In this document: positions 18,604 through 32,501 of the stretch, in pieces
How positions within the stretch are numbered: the stretch's first letter is position 1
How the letters are laid out: each line of letters starts with the position of its first letter
NCBI GenBank assembly: GCA_963717935.1
Contig: CAVQXP010000002.1
Location: forward strand, 1-64,000
Length of the DNA stretch: 64,000 bases
From: Candidatus Eiseniibacteriota bacterium
Lineage (GTDB): Bacteria; Eisenbacteria; RBG-16-71-46
Reading direction: 5' to 3'
Notes under the pieces: model-generated
Told to the model about the DNA's origin: nothing
The model's input: only the letters and a program-made list of their open reading frames with translations
The model's database searches: none
Made by a program: the position numbers and the translations under genes

Positions 18604-19649
18604 CAGGGGGGGAGCGTCCGACGAGCCCGCAAGCCGGCGACCGCTACGCGCGGCAGGTCCTCTACGCCCCGATCGGGGCCGCGGGGCAGGCGCGGCTGCG
18701 CGCCGCGCGCGTGCTGCTCGCGGGCTGCGGCGGACTCGGCGCGGAGTCGGCGAGCCTGCTGGCGCGCGCCGGCGTGGGCCTCCTGCGCCTGGTGGACCGC
18801 GATGTCGTGGAGCTCACGAACCTCCAGCGCCAGGCGCTCTTCGACGAGGCCGACGTGCGCGGCTGCATCCCCAAGGCCGTGGCCGCCGCGCGCCACCTCG
18901 CCGCGATCAACGCCGGGGTCGCCGTCGAGCCCGTGGTGGCCGACCTGCACGCCGGCAACGTCGGCGACCTGCTCGCGGGCGTGGACCTGGTGGTGGACGG
19001 CTTCGACAACTTCGAGGGCCGTTACCTGCTCAACGACGCCTGCGTGCGCGCCGGCGTGCCCTGGGTGCACGGGGCCTGCGTGGGCAGCTACGGTGTCAGC
19101 ACGCTGATCGTGCCGGGGAAGACCCCCTGTCTGCGCTGCATCCAGCCCGAGCTGCCCCCGCCGGGCTCGTCGCCGACCTGCGATACCGTCGGTATCCTCG
19201 GTTCCGCCGCGCACCTGATCGCCTCGCTCGAGACCGCGCAGGCGCTGCGCTGGCTCGTCACCCGGAAGGCGCCGGAGCCGGCCGTGATGGTGAGCGCGGA
19301 TGTCTGGGACCTGCGCTTCCAGCACGTCGAGCTGCCGCCGCGCGACCCGCGGTGTCCCTGCTGTGGCGAGCGGCGCTTCGAGTTCCTCGAGGGCAGCCCG
19401 GCGCCCGCGGAGGCGCTGTGCGGGCGGGACTCGGTGCTGGTGCGCCCGTCGAGCGGCGCCACGCCCGACTTCACCGCGATCGCCGCGCGCCTGCGGCCAC
19501 TGGGGGAGGTGCTGGCGAACGAGCACGTGCTGCGCTTCCGCCTGCCGCCCCACGAGCTGACGCTCTTCACCGACGGCCGCGCGATCGTCAGGGGCACCGG
19601 CGACCCCGTGCTCGCCCGCAGCCTGGTGGCGCGCTACCTCGGGGCGTGA
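18600..19649 (+). CDS. moeB: MoeB/ThiF-family adenylyltransferase
   Basis: RYARQ, GCGGLG, DRDVVELTNLQRQ, DNFEGRYLLND, CLRC, TCDTVG, CPCC. Confidence 0.88.
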   Translation: MTGGERPTSPQAGDRYARQVLYAPIGAAGQARLRAARVLLAGCGGLGAESASLLARAGVGLLRLVDRDVVELTNLQRQALFDEADVRGCIPKAVAAARHLAAINAGVAVEPVVADLHAGNVGDLLAGVDLVVDGFDNFEGRYLLNDACVRAGVPWVHGACVGSYGVSTLIVPGKTPCLRCIQPELPPPGSSPTCDTVGILGSAAHLIASLETAQALRWLVTRKAPEPAVMVSADVWDLRFQHVELPPRDPRCPCCGERRFEFLEGSPAPAEALCGRDSVLVRPSSGATPDFTAIAARLRPLGEVLANEHVLRFRLPPHELTLFTDGRAIVRGTGDPVLARSLVARYLGA

Positions 19650-19701
19650 CGGCGCGCGCCTCCTGCGGCGCGGCGCAGGGCCCCGGCCGGCGCGGGATGA
19701 C

Positions 19702-20193
19702 TCAGCGGCGCCGACCGCGCGCGGGGCCGGCGAACAGCCACGCGCCCGCCAGGACCATCACCGTCGAGATGGCGACTGGCACCCACACCGGCTGGACCCA
19801 CCAGGGCCCCGGCGGGAGGAGGAAGAGCAGGTCCGGCGTGGCGAGGCTCGGCGGCCAGCGCAGCAGGGCGTAGAGCGCGACGTAGTAGACGATGTCCCAG
19901 ACGCCGAAGGCGAGGAGGAACGCGCCCAGGCGGGGGAGGAAGCGCGGCGCCGCGAGCCAGGCGACCGTGGCGAGCATGACGATCGTGGCGGCCTCGCGTC
20001 CCTGCTCGGTCGCGATGAGCCACGGCACCGAGGCGAGGCGGCGCGTCAACTCGTCCGGGGCGGGCGCGGCGGCCCCGTGCGCGACGCCCAGCAGGGCGCG
20101 GATGTAGACCACCACCACCGCCTCGAGCCAGCCCATCGCGACCGCGAAGACCACGAGCACGCCGAGACGCGGTCCGGGCCGCGCGGGGCTCAT
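19702..20193 (-). CDS. Hypothetical membrane protein
   Basis: AMGWLEAVVVVY, EQGREAATIVML, FGVWDIVYY, DLLFLLP..W.QPVW; overlaps the polX stop. Confidence 0.75.
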   Translation of the reverse strand: MSPARPGPRLGVLVVFAVAMGWLEAVVVVYIRALLGVAHGAAAPAPDELTRRLASVPWLIATEQGREAATIVMLATVAWLAAPRFLPRLGAFLLAFGVWDIVYYVALYALLRWPPSLATPDLLFLLPPGPWWVQPVWVPVAISTVMVLAGAWLFAGPARGRRR

Positions 20194-22006
20194 CGTTTCC
20201 TGGCGGTCTTCGGCTTCGCGGCGCTCTTCGCCCGCGCCGCCTTCACCGCTCCGCCGCGGCCCTTCCGGATCGCCCTGCGCATGCGTTCCCGGGGCCACGC
20301 ATTCAGCACGTCGTCCTTCGTGAGCCCGGCGCGCCGCGCGACGAACAGGCCGTAGCGCATGAGGTCCAGGTTCGCCATGCTGTGGGCGTCGGTGTCGATG
20401 ACCAGCGTCACGCCCTTCTCCTTCGCGAGCCGCGCGTTCACGTCGGAGAGGTCCATGCGGTCGGGCTGGCAGTTGATCTCCATCGCCACGCCCAGCTCGG
20501 CCGCGCGCCCGAGCACCTTCTCCATGTCGAAGGGCGAGGCGGGCCGCGTGCCGATCATGCGCCCGGTCGGATGCCCCATCGCGCACGCGGCGGGGTGCTC
20601 GAGCGCCTTGAGCACGCGCGCGGTGGCCGCCTCGGCCGGCTGGTCCAGCCGCGAGTGCAGCGAGACGATCACCCAGTCGAGCAGCTCGAGCGCGCCGTCG
20701 TCCAGGTCGAGCGCGCCGTCGGCGAGGATGTCCACCTCGAGGCCGTGCAGCACCTCGATGCCGGGCACCTCGCGCCGCACGGCCTCGATCTCGGCGACCG
20801 AACGGCGCACACGCGCCTCGTCGAAGCCGCCCGCCATGGCGAGTGACTTCGAGTGCTCGGTGATGGCGACGTAGGCGTAGCCGCGGTCCTTCGCCGCCCG
20901 CACCATCTCGGCGAGCGTGTGCCGCCCGTCGCTGCGGGTGGTGTGCACGTGCAGGTCGCCCCTGAGGTCGTCCTGCTCGATCAGCTTCGGCAGCCGCCCC
21001 GCGCGTGCCAGCGCGATCTCGCCGCCGGCCTCGCGCAACTCGGGCGGGATCCAGTCGAGGCCGAGCGCGCGGTAGATCTCCTCCTCGGTGCGCCCGGCCA
21101 CGACGCCGCCCGACCCGGGTTTCGCCGGGGCGCCCGGCCCGCGCGCGAGCCCGTACTCGTTCAGCGTCAATCCCCGGTCGTTCGCCACACGGCGCAGCTC
21201 GATGTTGTGCTCCTTGCTGCCGGTGAAGTAGAGCAGCGCGGCGCCGAACGACTCCGCGGGCACGAGCCGCAGGTCCACCTGCAGGCCGCCGGCGAGCCGC
21301 ACCGCCGACCGGGTGTCGCCGCGCGCCAGCACCTCGGCCACCTGGTCGTGGGTCGTGAACGCGTCCATCACGGTGGCGGGCGAGCCGCCGCAGACGAGCA
21401 GGTCGAGGTCGCCGACCGTGTCGCGGCGCCGGCGGAAGGAGCCCGCCACCTCGACGCGGGTGACGTCCGGCACCGCGCGCAGCCGGTCGGCGAGGCCGTG
21501 CGCCACCGCCCAGGCGCTGGCGAGCAGCAGGCGCCCCGAGACCTGCTCGGCGATCGCGAGCGAGTGCAGCACCTTCTGCTCGAGCTTCTCGCCGAAGCCC
21601 GGCAGCTCGCGCAACTGCCCGGCCTTCGCGGCGGCCTCGAGCCCCGCGCGGTCGCGGATGTGGAGCGTGTCGTGGAGGGCGCGCACGCGCTTCGCGCCGA
21701 GCCCCTGCAGCTCGGTCAGGCGCACCAGCTCGAGCGGGTATCTCTTCAGCAGCTCGTCGTAGAGCCCGGTCGAACCCGTGGCGAGCAGGTCGCGGATCTT
21801 CTGCGCCAGGTCCTTGCCGATGCCGGGCAGCGCCTCGAGCGCGCCCTCCTCGCCGGCGAGCCGCCCCACCGGCCCGGGCAGCGCGTCCACCACGCGCGCG
21901 GCCTCCTTGTAGGCGCGCACGCGGAACGGGTTGGCGCCGTCGATCTCCAGCATGGTGGCGAGCGTGGCGAGGACGCGCCCCACGTCGGCGTTGGTGAGGG
22001 CGGGCA

Positions 22007-22007
<1 letters not shown>
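20190..22007 (-). CDS. polX: DNA polymerase/3'-5' exonuclease PolX
   Basis: NPFRVRAY, GSFRRRRDTVGDLD (intact DxD), YFTGSKEHN; PHP motifs DLHVHT, TEHS, DTDAH. Confidence 0.95.
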
Positions 22008-25496
<3,489 letters not shown>

Positions 25497-25658
25497 GGGG
25501 TTCCCGGGTGGGGGGACGGGTGGTGCGTTCGAGATTCGCGAGGCCAGCCTAACCCGCCCCGGCCGGCTTGGAAAGTTGGCGGCCCGGCCGGCCTGAGGCT
25601 AAGATGCGGGCGACATGAACGAGCCCGGGATGAACAGACCCAGCGGAGTCCGGCGGCC

Positions 25659-26525
25659 GTGAATCCCGGCGTCGGCGGCGTGCCTGCGAGCCTCATCGAA
25701 GTGCGCCTCGGACGCGGGTTGATGCTGCCCGGACGCGTCTGGTGCGCCGAGCGGCCGCGCGCCCTGGTCGCCGTGGTCCACGGGCTGGGCGAGCATTGCG
25801 CGCGCTACGCCGCGCTCGCCGCCGACCTGGTGCGGGCGCGTTGCAGCGTCGCGGCGCTCGACCTGCCGGGGCACGGCGAGGCGCAGGGTCCGCGCGGCGA
25901 CGTGCCCTCGTGGACGCGATTGCGCGAGCAGGTCGTGCCCGCCATGTTCACCGCGCTGCGCGGGGTGCCCGGCCAGCCCACGGACCTGCCGCACGTGCTG
26001 CTCGGGCACAGCCTGGGCGGGGTGCTGGCGCTGGATTACGCGATCGCGCACCCGCGCACGCTCGTGGCCGCGGTGGCGACGTCGCCGGCCCTGCGCACCG
26101 GCATGCCGCCGTGGTGGAAGCTCGCGCTGGGCCACGCGGCGCGCCTCACCGCGCCGAGCGTCGGTTTCGCGCACGGGCTCGACGAGAGCGGCATGGCGCG
26201 CGATCCCGAGGTGCTGGCGCTGCGCAGGGAGGACCCGCGGGTGCACGACCGCATCAGCCCGCGGCTCTACTCCTCCTTCAACGAGGCGCGCCAGCGCGTG
26301 CTGCGCGAGGCGCGGCGGCTGCAGGTGCCCACGCTGGTGCTGCAGGGCATGGGAGACCGCATCGTGGACCCGAAGGGCGCGCTCGAATTCAACGCCGCCG
26401 CGCCGCACGGCATGGTGCGGCTCATCACCTACGCCGGCGTCTACCACGAGGTCTTCAACGACCCCGATCGCGGCCAGGCCGTTCGCGACCTGCTCGGCTG
26501 GCTGGACGCGGCGCTGGTGGTCTGA
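25659..26525 (+). CDS. Alpha/beta hydrolase (lysophospholipase/monoglyceride lipase-like)
   Basis: HGLGEH, DLPGHG, GHSLGG nucleophile, DRIVD, YHEVFND. GTG start inferred from an upstream GGAG. Confidence 0.88.
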   Translation: MNPGVGGVPASLIEVRLGRGLMLPGRVWCAERPRALVAVVHGLGEHCARYAALAADLVRARCSVAALDLPGHGEAQGPRGDVPSWTRLREQVVPAMFTALRGVPGQPTDLPHVLLGHSLGGVLALDYAIAHPRTLVAAVATSPALRTGMPPWWKLALGHAARLTAPSVGFAHGLDESGMARDPEVLALRREDPRVHDRISPRLYSSFNEARQRVLREARRLQVPTLVLQGMGDRIVDPKGALEFNAAAPHGMVRLITYAGVYHEVFNDPDRGQAVRDLLGWLDAALVV

Positions 26526-26587
26526 ACGATCCAGACGCCCGGCTCGCGGCGCCGCGCCCTCCTCGTTCCGTGCGAAAGAGGCACCTG

Positions 26588-27301
26588 ATGAACCCGTTCG
26601 TGCTGTCCCTTGCGATCGCCTCCTCCCTGGCCGCGGTGGCCCCGTCCGGGCAGAAGGCCGCCCCGCTCAAGCCTCCCATCCCGGTGTTCGATCCCGCCGG
26701 TTTCACGTCCATGGTGGACAACCCGTACTTCCCGCTCCGACCGGGCACGGTCCTCGTGTACCAGGCGCGCGCCGGAGAGACGCCCGATGTGGACACGGTC
26801 ACCGTGACGCGCGAAACGAGGACGGTCCTCGGAGTCACCGCGGTGGTCGTGCGCGACCGCGCCTACCGCGGCGGGCAGCTGGCCGAAGAGTCCTTCGACT
26901 GGTACGCGCAGGACCGGAAGGGCAATGTCTGGTCCCTGGGCGAGGACACGAAGGACCTGCGTGACGGCCAGGTGGTCAGCACGGCGGGCTCCTGGGAGGC
27001 GGGCAAGGACAGCGCCTGCGCCGGGATCGTCATGCCGGCGATCCTCGAGGCCGGGATGGAGTACCGGCGGGCGTACCGCCGCGGCGTGGTGGAGGACCTG
27101 GCGGAGGTGCGGAATCTCGACGCGAAGGCGACGGTGCTGAACGACACGTTCACCGCGTGCGTCGAGATCGAGGAATGGTCCGCGCTCGAGCGCCGCGTGC
27201 GGGAGAGGAGCACCTACGCGCCTGGCCTGGGCCTCGTGCTGCGGCGGACGGTCGCCGGCGGGGACGAGTGGATGAAGCTCGTGAAGGTGATCGCGCCCTA
27301 G
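26588..27301 (+). CDS. Hypothetical secreted protein
   Basis: Signal peptide; VDNPYFPLRPG, DWYAQDRKGNVW.LGE, GSWEAG, YAPGLGLV. Confidence 0.75.
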   Translation: MNPFVLSLAIASSLAAVAPSGQKAAPLKPPIPVFDPAGFTSMVDNPYFPLRPGTVLVYQARAGETPDVDTVTVTRETRTVLGVTAVVVRDRAYRGGQLAEESFDWYAQDRKGNVWSLGEDTKDLRDGQVVSTAGSWEAGKDSACAGIVMPAILEAGMEYRRAYRRGVVEDLAEVRNLDAKATVLNDTFTACVEIEEWSALERRVRERSTYAPGLGLVLRRTVAGGDEWMKLVKVIAP

Positions 27302-27390
27302 CGGGGGCCGGCGCGGGCCGCGCCGGCAGGGGACGGGCCTCCGGGCCATCCGGCCCGGAGGCCCCCGACTCGGCTCCGCGGAGCGCCGCC

Positions 27391-28503
27391 CTAGAGCGCC
27401 GCCATGCGCGGCCAGAGCCTCTTCGCCTCTTCCCGGGCCTTCGCGCGCAGTTCCTCGATGTCTCCACGCACCAGCTTGCCCCGGTCCACGACGACCTGCC
27501 CGGCGACCGTCACGCGGCTCACCTGCGCGGGCTTCTCGCCTTCGCCCGCCGTGTAGCTGACCTGGTCGCCGTCGAGGTCGGCGCCGCCCGGCGCGCCGGC
27601 GAAGCGCTCGGCCGCCAGCACGCGGCCGGTCACGAGCCGGCGCGCGGCGGCGTCCACCTCCTCGTGCATGCTGCCCGCGCTCAGGCGCTCGAGCGCGGCG
27701 AACTCCCTGGGCATGTCCGCCTCCCAGCCGTCGGTGCCGAGCGCCACCTTGCCGCTCACCCAGAGCGACGAGGCGTAGCCGACGCGGTTGCCCTCGTTGG
27801 AACGCGGATTCTGCACCAGCCACAGGCCGCGCGACTCGGCGACGCGCACCTGCGAGGGCTCGAGGTGCACGCCATGCGCCAGGATCGAGCCGGGAGGCAG
27901 CGAGTCGGTCGCGAGCAGGCGCTCGAGCGGGCCCTCGTAGCCGCGCTTGCGCGCGTCCTCGACGTCGGCGCGATCCTCGGCCAGGTGCACGTGCGTCACG
28001 GTGCCCAGCTCGCGCGCCACCTCGCCGGACTCGCGCAGCGTCTCGTCGGAGCAGGTGAACGAGGCGTGCAGGCCGACCACTCCGCGCACCAGCGGTCGCT
28101 GGTTCCCGCGGAAGAAGCGGCGGCACTCGGCGAGCCCGCGCCGGCCCTCCTCGCGCCCGCCGTTGCGGTCGGTCGCGCCGTAGCACAGCACCGCGCGGAC
28201 GCCGAACTCCTGGCAGGCGTCGGCCAGCACGTCGAGCGAGCCTTCGATGAACGCGGGCGACTCCTGGTGGTCGATGAGCGTGGTGGTGCCGTAGAGCAGG
28301 GACTCGGCCGCGTAGAGCCGGGCCGAGGCGCGCAGCGAGCGCTCGTCGAGGGCGCGGTCGAGCCGCCACCAGACGCGCTCCAGGATCTGCACGAAGTTCT
28401 CGGGCGGGGGTTCTGCCGGCGGCATGCCGTAGGGTGCCAGCGCGCTGTAGACGTGCGTGTGGGCGTTCACGAAGCCCGGGACCGTCCGGCTCGGCGTGGT
28501 CAT
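27391..28503 (-). CDS. SsnA-like metal-dependent amidohydrolase (short N-terminus)
   Basis: [71 protein letters not shown]. Confidence 0.85.
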   Translation of the reverse strand: MTTPSRTVPGFVNAHTHVYSALAPYGMPPAEPPPENFVQILERVWWRLDRALDERSLRASARLYAAESLLYGTTTLIDHQESPAFIEGSLDVLADACQEFGVRAVLCYGATDRNGGREEGRRGLAECRRFFRGNQRPLVRGVVGLHASFTCSDETLRESGEVARELGTVTHVHLAEDRADVEDARKRGYEGPLERLLATDSLPPGSILAHGVHLEPSQVRVAESRGLWLVQNPRSNEGNRVGYASSLWVSGKVALGTDGWEADMPREFAALERLSAGSMHEEVDAAARRLVTGRVLAAERFAGAPGGADLDGDQVSYTAGEGEKPAQVSRVTVAGQVVVDRGKLVRGDIEELRAKAREEAKRLWPRMAAL

Positions 28504-28888
28504 CGCAGACCCTCCCCCTGTGCTCGATTCGCCGCGCGACCACGGCGAGCGCCGCGCGGTGGCGTGCAGGAGCCGGAGTGTACCGCATCGTGATCGAGGA
28601 ATGCCTCCCGGGCGGGGCCTGCCGCCGCGGGCCGGTCCCCCGCCGGACCGCCGATGCGACCAAAGGAGCAGGCCGCCCGGCGGGCTGCCGGGCGGGCCGC
28701 CCGCTCGCCCGCGGACCCCGGATTGCGTAGACTCTGCCCGACGTCGCCTGCTCCTCCCGGCCGCGTCGCGCCCGAGGCCGACGGCGCATCGCACCGAACG
28801 ATCCGCGCCCCGCGTCCGCCGTCCGACCCACGCTTCGCGTGGGTGCCCGGCGGCCCGCCCGGCTGACCCGCACCAGGGAGAACCTGCC

Positions 28889-31381
28889 GTGAAGCACCCG
28901 AGCCTCTTTCTGACCGACGCCCAGCTGGCCTCCGAGATCGCGCGTTGCGTCTACTGCGAGGAGAAGCCCTGCACCGAGGCCTGCCCGGCCGACTGCTCGC
29001 CGGCGGACTTCCTCATGGCGGCGAAGGGCGGCACGCCCGCGGACATCGCGCGCTCGGCGGCGCTCATCATGACCAAGAATCCGCTGGGTGGCGTGTGCGG
29101 CGCGGTCTGCCCCGACACGCACTGCCAGGCCGCGTGCTCGCGCAAGCTCTTCGACCACTCGATCGAGATCCCCCGCGTGCAGGCGGCGATCGTGGCACGC
29201 GCGAAGGCGCTGGGCGTGATGCCGAAGCTCGAGGTGACGCCGGCGAACGGCAGGAAGGTCGCCATCGTGGGCTCGGGCGCCGCGGGTCTCGCCGCGGCGC
29301 TGGTGCTGGCGCAGATGGGCTACGAGGTGGACATCCTCGACCGCCGGGCGGAACCCGGCGGCGCGGTCCGCTACATCCCGGCGCACCGCATGGATCCGGG
29401 CGTGCTCGACACCGACATCGCCTGGCTGCTCGAGCACCCGCGGGTGCGCCTGCACGCGAGCCGCCCGGTGGACGACGCCGGCGCGCTGCTCGCGCAGGGC
29501 TACGCCGCGGTGCTGCTCGCCGGCGGCCTGCACGAGCCCGTCACGCTGGGCATCGAGGGCGAGGACCTGGCCGTGTCCTGCCTCGCCTACCTGGCCGACC
29601 CCGGGCGCTGGCCGTCGCGGGGGCGCGTCGCCGTGATCGGCGGGGGCGCGATCGCCTGCGACTGCGCCACCACCGCGCTCGCCCGCGGCGCCAGCGGCGT
29701 CGAGATGATCACGCTGGAGCAGTGGAGCGAACTGCCGCTGACTCCCCAGGAGCGCGGGGAGCTGCTCGAGCATCCCGTGAACGTCGTGGGCCGCACGCGC
29801 GTCGTGGCCGTGCTGGCCGCGAGCGGGAAGGTGAGCGGCGTGCGCGTGCAGCGCGTGGCCCTCGCCCCGGGCGAGAAGTTCCACCCCTCGCAGACGAGCC
29901 CGGTTCCCGGCACCGAGCAGACGCTCCCCGGGATCACGCAGGTCATCGTCGCCATCGGCAACCGCGCCGGGCTCAAGAGCGACGGTCGCGCCGGCGTGTT
30001 CATGGCGGGCGACGGCGCCTGGGGGCCCTCGACCGTGGTCGAGGCCTCGGCCTCGGGCAAGAACGCCGCGCTCCAGATGGACGCCTGGATCCGGAAGCAG
30101 CCCGCGCCGAAGATCGACAAGCCGACCAAGGGCCGCGTGCGCGTGCCCGGCTACGCCGACGTGCCGGTGCCGCTCGCGACCGACTTCTTCGGGCGCACCA
30201 TCCCCTCGCCGTTCCTGCTCTCGGCCGCGCCGCCCACCGACGGCTACGAGCCGATGAAGAAGGCGCTGGAGGCCGGCTGGGCCGGCGGCATCATGAAGAC
30301 CGCCTTCGACGGGCTGCACGTCCACATCCCGGCCGACTACATGCACGTCTTCGACAGCGAGACCTACGGGAACTCCGACAACGTCTCGGACCACCCGCTC
30401 GACCGCGTCTGCCGGGAGATCGAGAAGCTGGTGAAGGAGTACCCGGACCGCCTCATCGGCGCCTCGACCGGCGGCCCGGTCTCCGGGCACGACGACGAAG
30501 ACAAGAAGGTCTGGCAGGCCAACAGCCGCAAGCTCGAGCGCGCCGGGGCCCAGGTGGTCGAGTTCAGCCTCTCGTGCCCCCAGGGCGGTGACGGCACCGA
30601 GGGCGCGATCGTCTCGCAGTCGGCCGGCGTCACGGCCAAGGTCATCGGCTGGATCATGGAGACCGGCGACCCGCAGGTGCCCAAGCTCTTCAAGCTCACG
30701 GGCGCGGTGACCTCGGTCGAGGTCATCCTGCGCGCGGTGAAGCAGGTGCTGGACCGCCACCCGGGGAAGAAGGCCGGCGTGACGCTGGCGAACTCGTTCC
30801 CGACGCTGTTCTTCCGCCCCGGGGAGAAGCGGGAGTGGGACGAGGGCATCGTGGTCGGGATGAGCGGCGCCGGCGTGGCGCCCATCTCCAACCTGTCGCT
30901 CGCCTCGGTGGGGCACCTGGGGGTGACCGTCTCGGGCAACGGCGGGCCGATGGACTACCGCTCGGCCGCGCACTTCCTGGCGCTGGGCGCGCGCACCGTG
31001 CAGTTCTGCACGGTGGCGATGAAGTACGGCGTCGGCATCGTGGGCGAGCTGCACTCGGGGCTCTCGCACCTGATGCAGGCGCGCGGCATCCGTTCGGTCG
31101 AGGAGCTGATCGGCCGGGCGCTGCCGGACCCCGTCACCGACTTCATGGCGCTTTCGCCCACGCTGCGCATCCCGTCGCTGACCCGGGAGCTGTGCGTCTC
31201 GTGCGGCAACTGCACGCGCTGCGGCTACCTGGCCGTGAGCCTGGGCGAGGACCGGCTGCCGCGCTTCGATGCGTCCAGGTGCGTCGGCTGCAGCCTGTGC
31301 GCGCAGAAGTGCTTCACCGGCGCGCTGGCGATGCGCGACCGGACGCCCGAGGAGCTGGCGGCGCGCCCGGCGGGCGCGTAG
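28889..31381 (+). CDS. Fused PreT-PreA dihydropyrimidine-dehydrogenase-like flavo-iron-sulfur protein
   Basis: CVYCEEKPC...[30 protein letters not shown]; then FMN barrel [26 protein letters not shown]-terminal CVSCGNC and CVGCSLC. Confidence 0.88.
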   Translation: MKHPSLFLTDAQLASEIARCVYCEEKPCTEACPADCSPADFLMAAKGGTPADIARSAALIMTKNPLGGVCGAVCPDTHCQAACSRKLFDHSIEIPRVQAAIVARAKALGVMPKLEVTPANGRKVAIVGSGAAGLAAALVLAQMGYEVDILDRRAEPGGAVRYIPAHRMDPGVLDTDIAWLLEHPRVRLHASRPVDDAGALLAQGYAAVLLAGGLHEPVTLGIEGEDLAVSCLAYLADPGRWPSRGRVAVIGGGAIACDCATTALARGASGVEMITLEQWSELPLTPQERGELLEHPVNVVGRTRVVAVLAASGKVSGVRVQRVALAPGEKFHPSQTSPVPGTEQTLPGITQVIVAIGNRAGLKSDGRAGVFMAGDGAWGPSTVVEASASGKNAALQMDAWIRKQPAPKIDKPTKGRVRVPGYADVPVPLATDFFGRTIPSPFLLSAAPPTDGYEPMKKALEAGWAGGIMKTAFDGLHVHIPADYMHVFDSETYGNSDNVSDHPLDRVCREIEKLVKEYPDRLIGASTGGPVSGHDDEDKKVWQANSRKLERAGAQVVEFSLSCPQGGDGTEGAIVSQSAGVTAKVIGWIMETGDPQVPKLFKLTGAVTSVEVILRAVKQVLDRHPGKKAGVTLANSFPTLFFRPGEKREWDEGIVVGMSGAGVAPISNLSLASVGHLGVTVSGNGGPMDYRSAAHFLALGARTVQFCTVAMKYGVGIVGELHSGLSHLMQARGIRSVEELIGRALPDPVTDFMALSPTLRIPSLTRELCVSCGNCTRCGYLAVSLGEDRLPRFDASRCVGCSLCAQKCFTGALAMRDRTPEELAARPAGA

Positions 31382-31560
31382 CGGGCGGCCGAAGAGACCA
31401 CGGGCGCGGCGTGCCCGGGGGCGAGCGCGGGCTCCGGAGGCGGGACCTCCGGGGCCCGCGGCGCCTTCCAACCCTGGAGGACGTCCCCGTGTCCAAGCCG
31501 GTGAAGCCCGCATTCACGGTCGTCGCACCCGCTCACGCCGACACTTCACCGGAGGCACCC

Positions 31561-32427
31561 ATGCAGACTCCCGCCCGTTCCCCCGCGCTCGTCCGCCGGC
31601 AGGCCGCACTCACCTTCCTGCCGGTGCTGGCGCTGCTCGCCGTCCCCCCGGTCGCCCGTGCCGCGGATCCGGTCTGCACGCCCCGGATCGTCCTCTCCGG
31701 GCACCACCAGCCGGTCGCCCACGTCGCGCACGTCGCTCACGCCGTCCGCGCGTCCGTGCGTTCCTCCTTGCGCCACGCGGCCCATCGGCATGGCGTCGCT
31801 CCCGTCCACCGGCACTCGTGGAGCGAGGACGGATTCCGCTGGAGCCTCTACGACGGAACGTCGCGCTCCACCACCGGGGCCTCCGACGAGGAGATCCGGG
31901 ACGTGATCGCCGCCCGGGGCGCTCACTCGAGCTTCCTCTGGTTCTCGCAGGACGGTCAGCGGTGGGTCGTCCGGGACCCCGCGCTGGTCGCCCGGGCTCA
32001 CGAGAGCATCGAGCCGATGGAGCGGCTCGGGAAGGAGATGGGCCGGCTCGGAGGCGAGATGGGCCAGCTCGGCGCGCGGCAGGGCCGCTTCGGGGCCGAG
32101 ATGGGGCGTCTCGGTGCCCGCCAGGGCGCGCTCGCCGCCCGGCTCGCCCTGTTGGAGCTCCGCGACTACGACGACCCGGGGATCGAGCGCGAGATCGCGG
32201 CGATCGAGCGCAAGATGGACGAGCTGTCCCGCCGGCAGGACGAATTCAGCCGGCGGCAGGAGTCGCTCGGCGGCGAGCGGATGGACGAGCTCGGCGACCG
32301 GATGGGCGAACTCGGCGACCGGATGGAGCGGCTCGCCGAGCGTGCCGAGCGGGAGCTGAAGGCTCTGGCGAAGGAGGCCATCTCCTCGCGCAAGGCCGAA
32401 CGCCTCGGGGACCGCGGCGACCTGTAG
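31561..32427 (+). CDS. Secreted protein with His-rich segment and heptad coiled-coil repeats
   Basis: GGAGG RBS, signal ending ARA; LWFSQDGQRWVVRDP followed by MGRLGGE/MGQLGAR/MDELGDR heptads. Confidence 0.7.
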   Translation: MQTPARSPALVRRQAALTFLPVLALLAVPPVARAADPVCTPRIVLSGHHQPVAHVAHVAHAVRASVRSSLRHAAHRHGVAPVHRHSWSEDGFRWSLYDGTSRSTTGASDEEIRDVIAARGAHSSFLWFSQDGQRWVVRDPALVARAHESIEPMERLGKEMGRLGGEMGQLGARQGRFGAEMGRLGARQGALAARLALLELRDYDDPGIEREIAAIERKMDELSRRQDEFSRRQESLGGERMDELGDRMGELGDRMERLAERAERELKALAKEAISSRKAERLGDRGDL

Positions 32428-32442
32428 CCGGGACCCTCTCGT

Positions 32443-32480
32443 CACGGGGCGCGGCGACCCGCGGGTCGCCGCGCCCCGTG
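32443..32480. terminator. Perfect 38-bp palindrome between convergent genes (bidirectional terminator-like hairpin)
   Basis: CACGGGGCGCGGCGACCC-GC-GGGTCGCCGCGCCCCGTG. Confidence 0.75.
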
Positions 32481-32501
32481 CTGCTCTCCGGTGTCAGAAC
32501 G

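Noticed and set aside
28510..28885. Purine riboswitch between the ssnA-like and DPD-like genes
   Set aside because: Only generic GC hairpins; the purine aptamer consensus was not seen.
26441..31513. 1690-aa minus-strand ORF and the many similar long antisense ORFs
   Set aside because: Shadow frames of real genes in high-GC DNA, with no motifs and R/A/G/P-rich composition.
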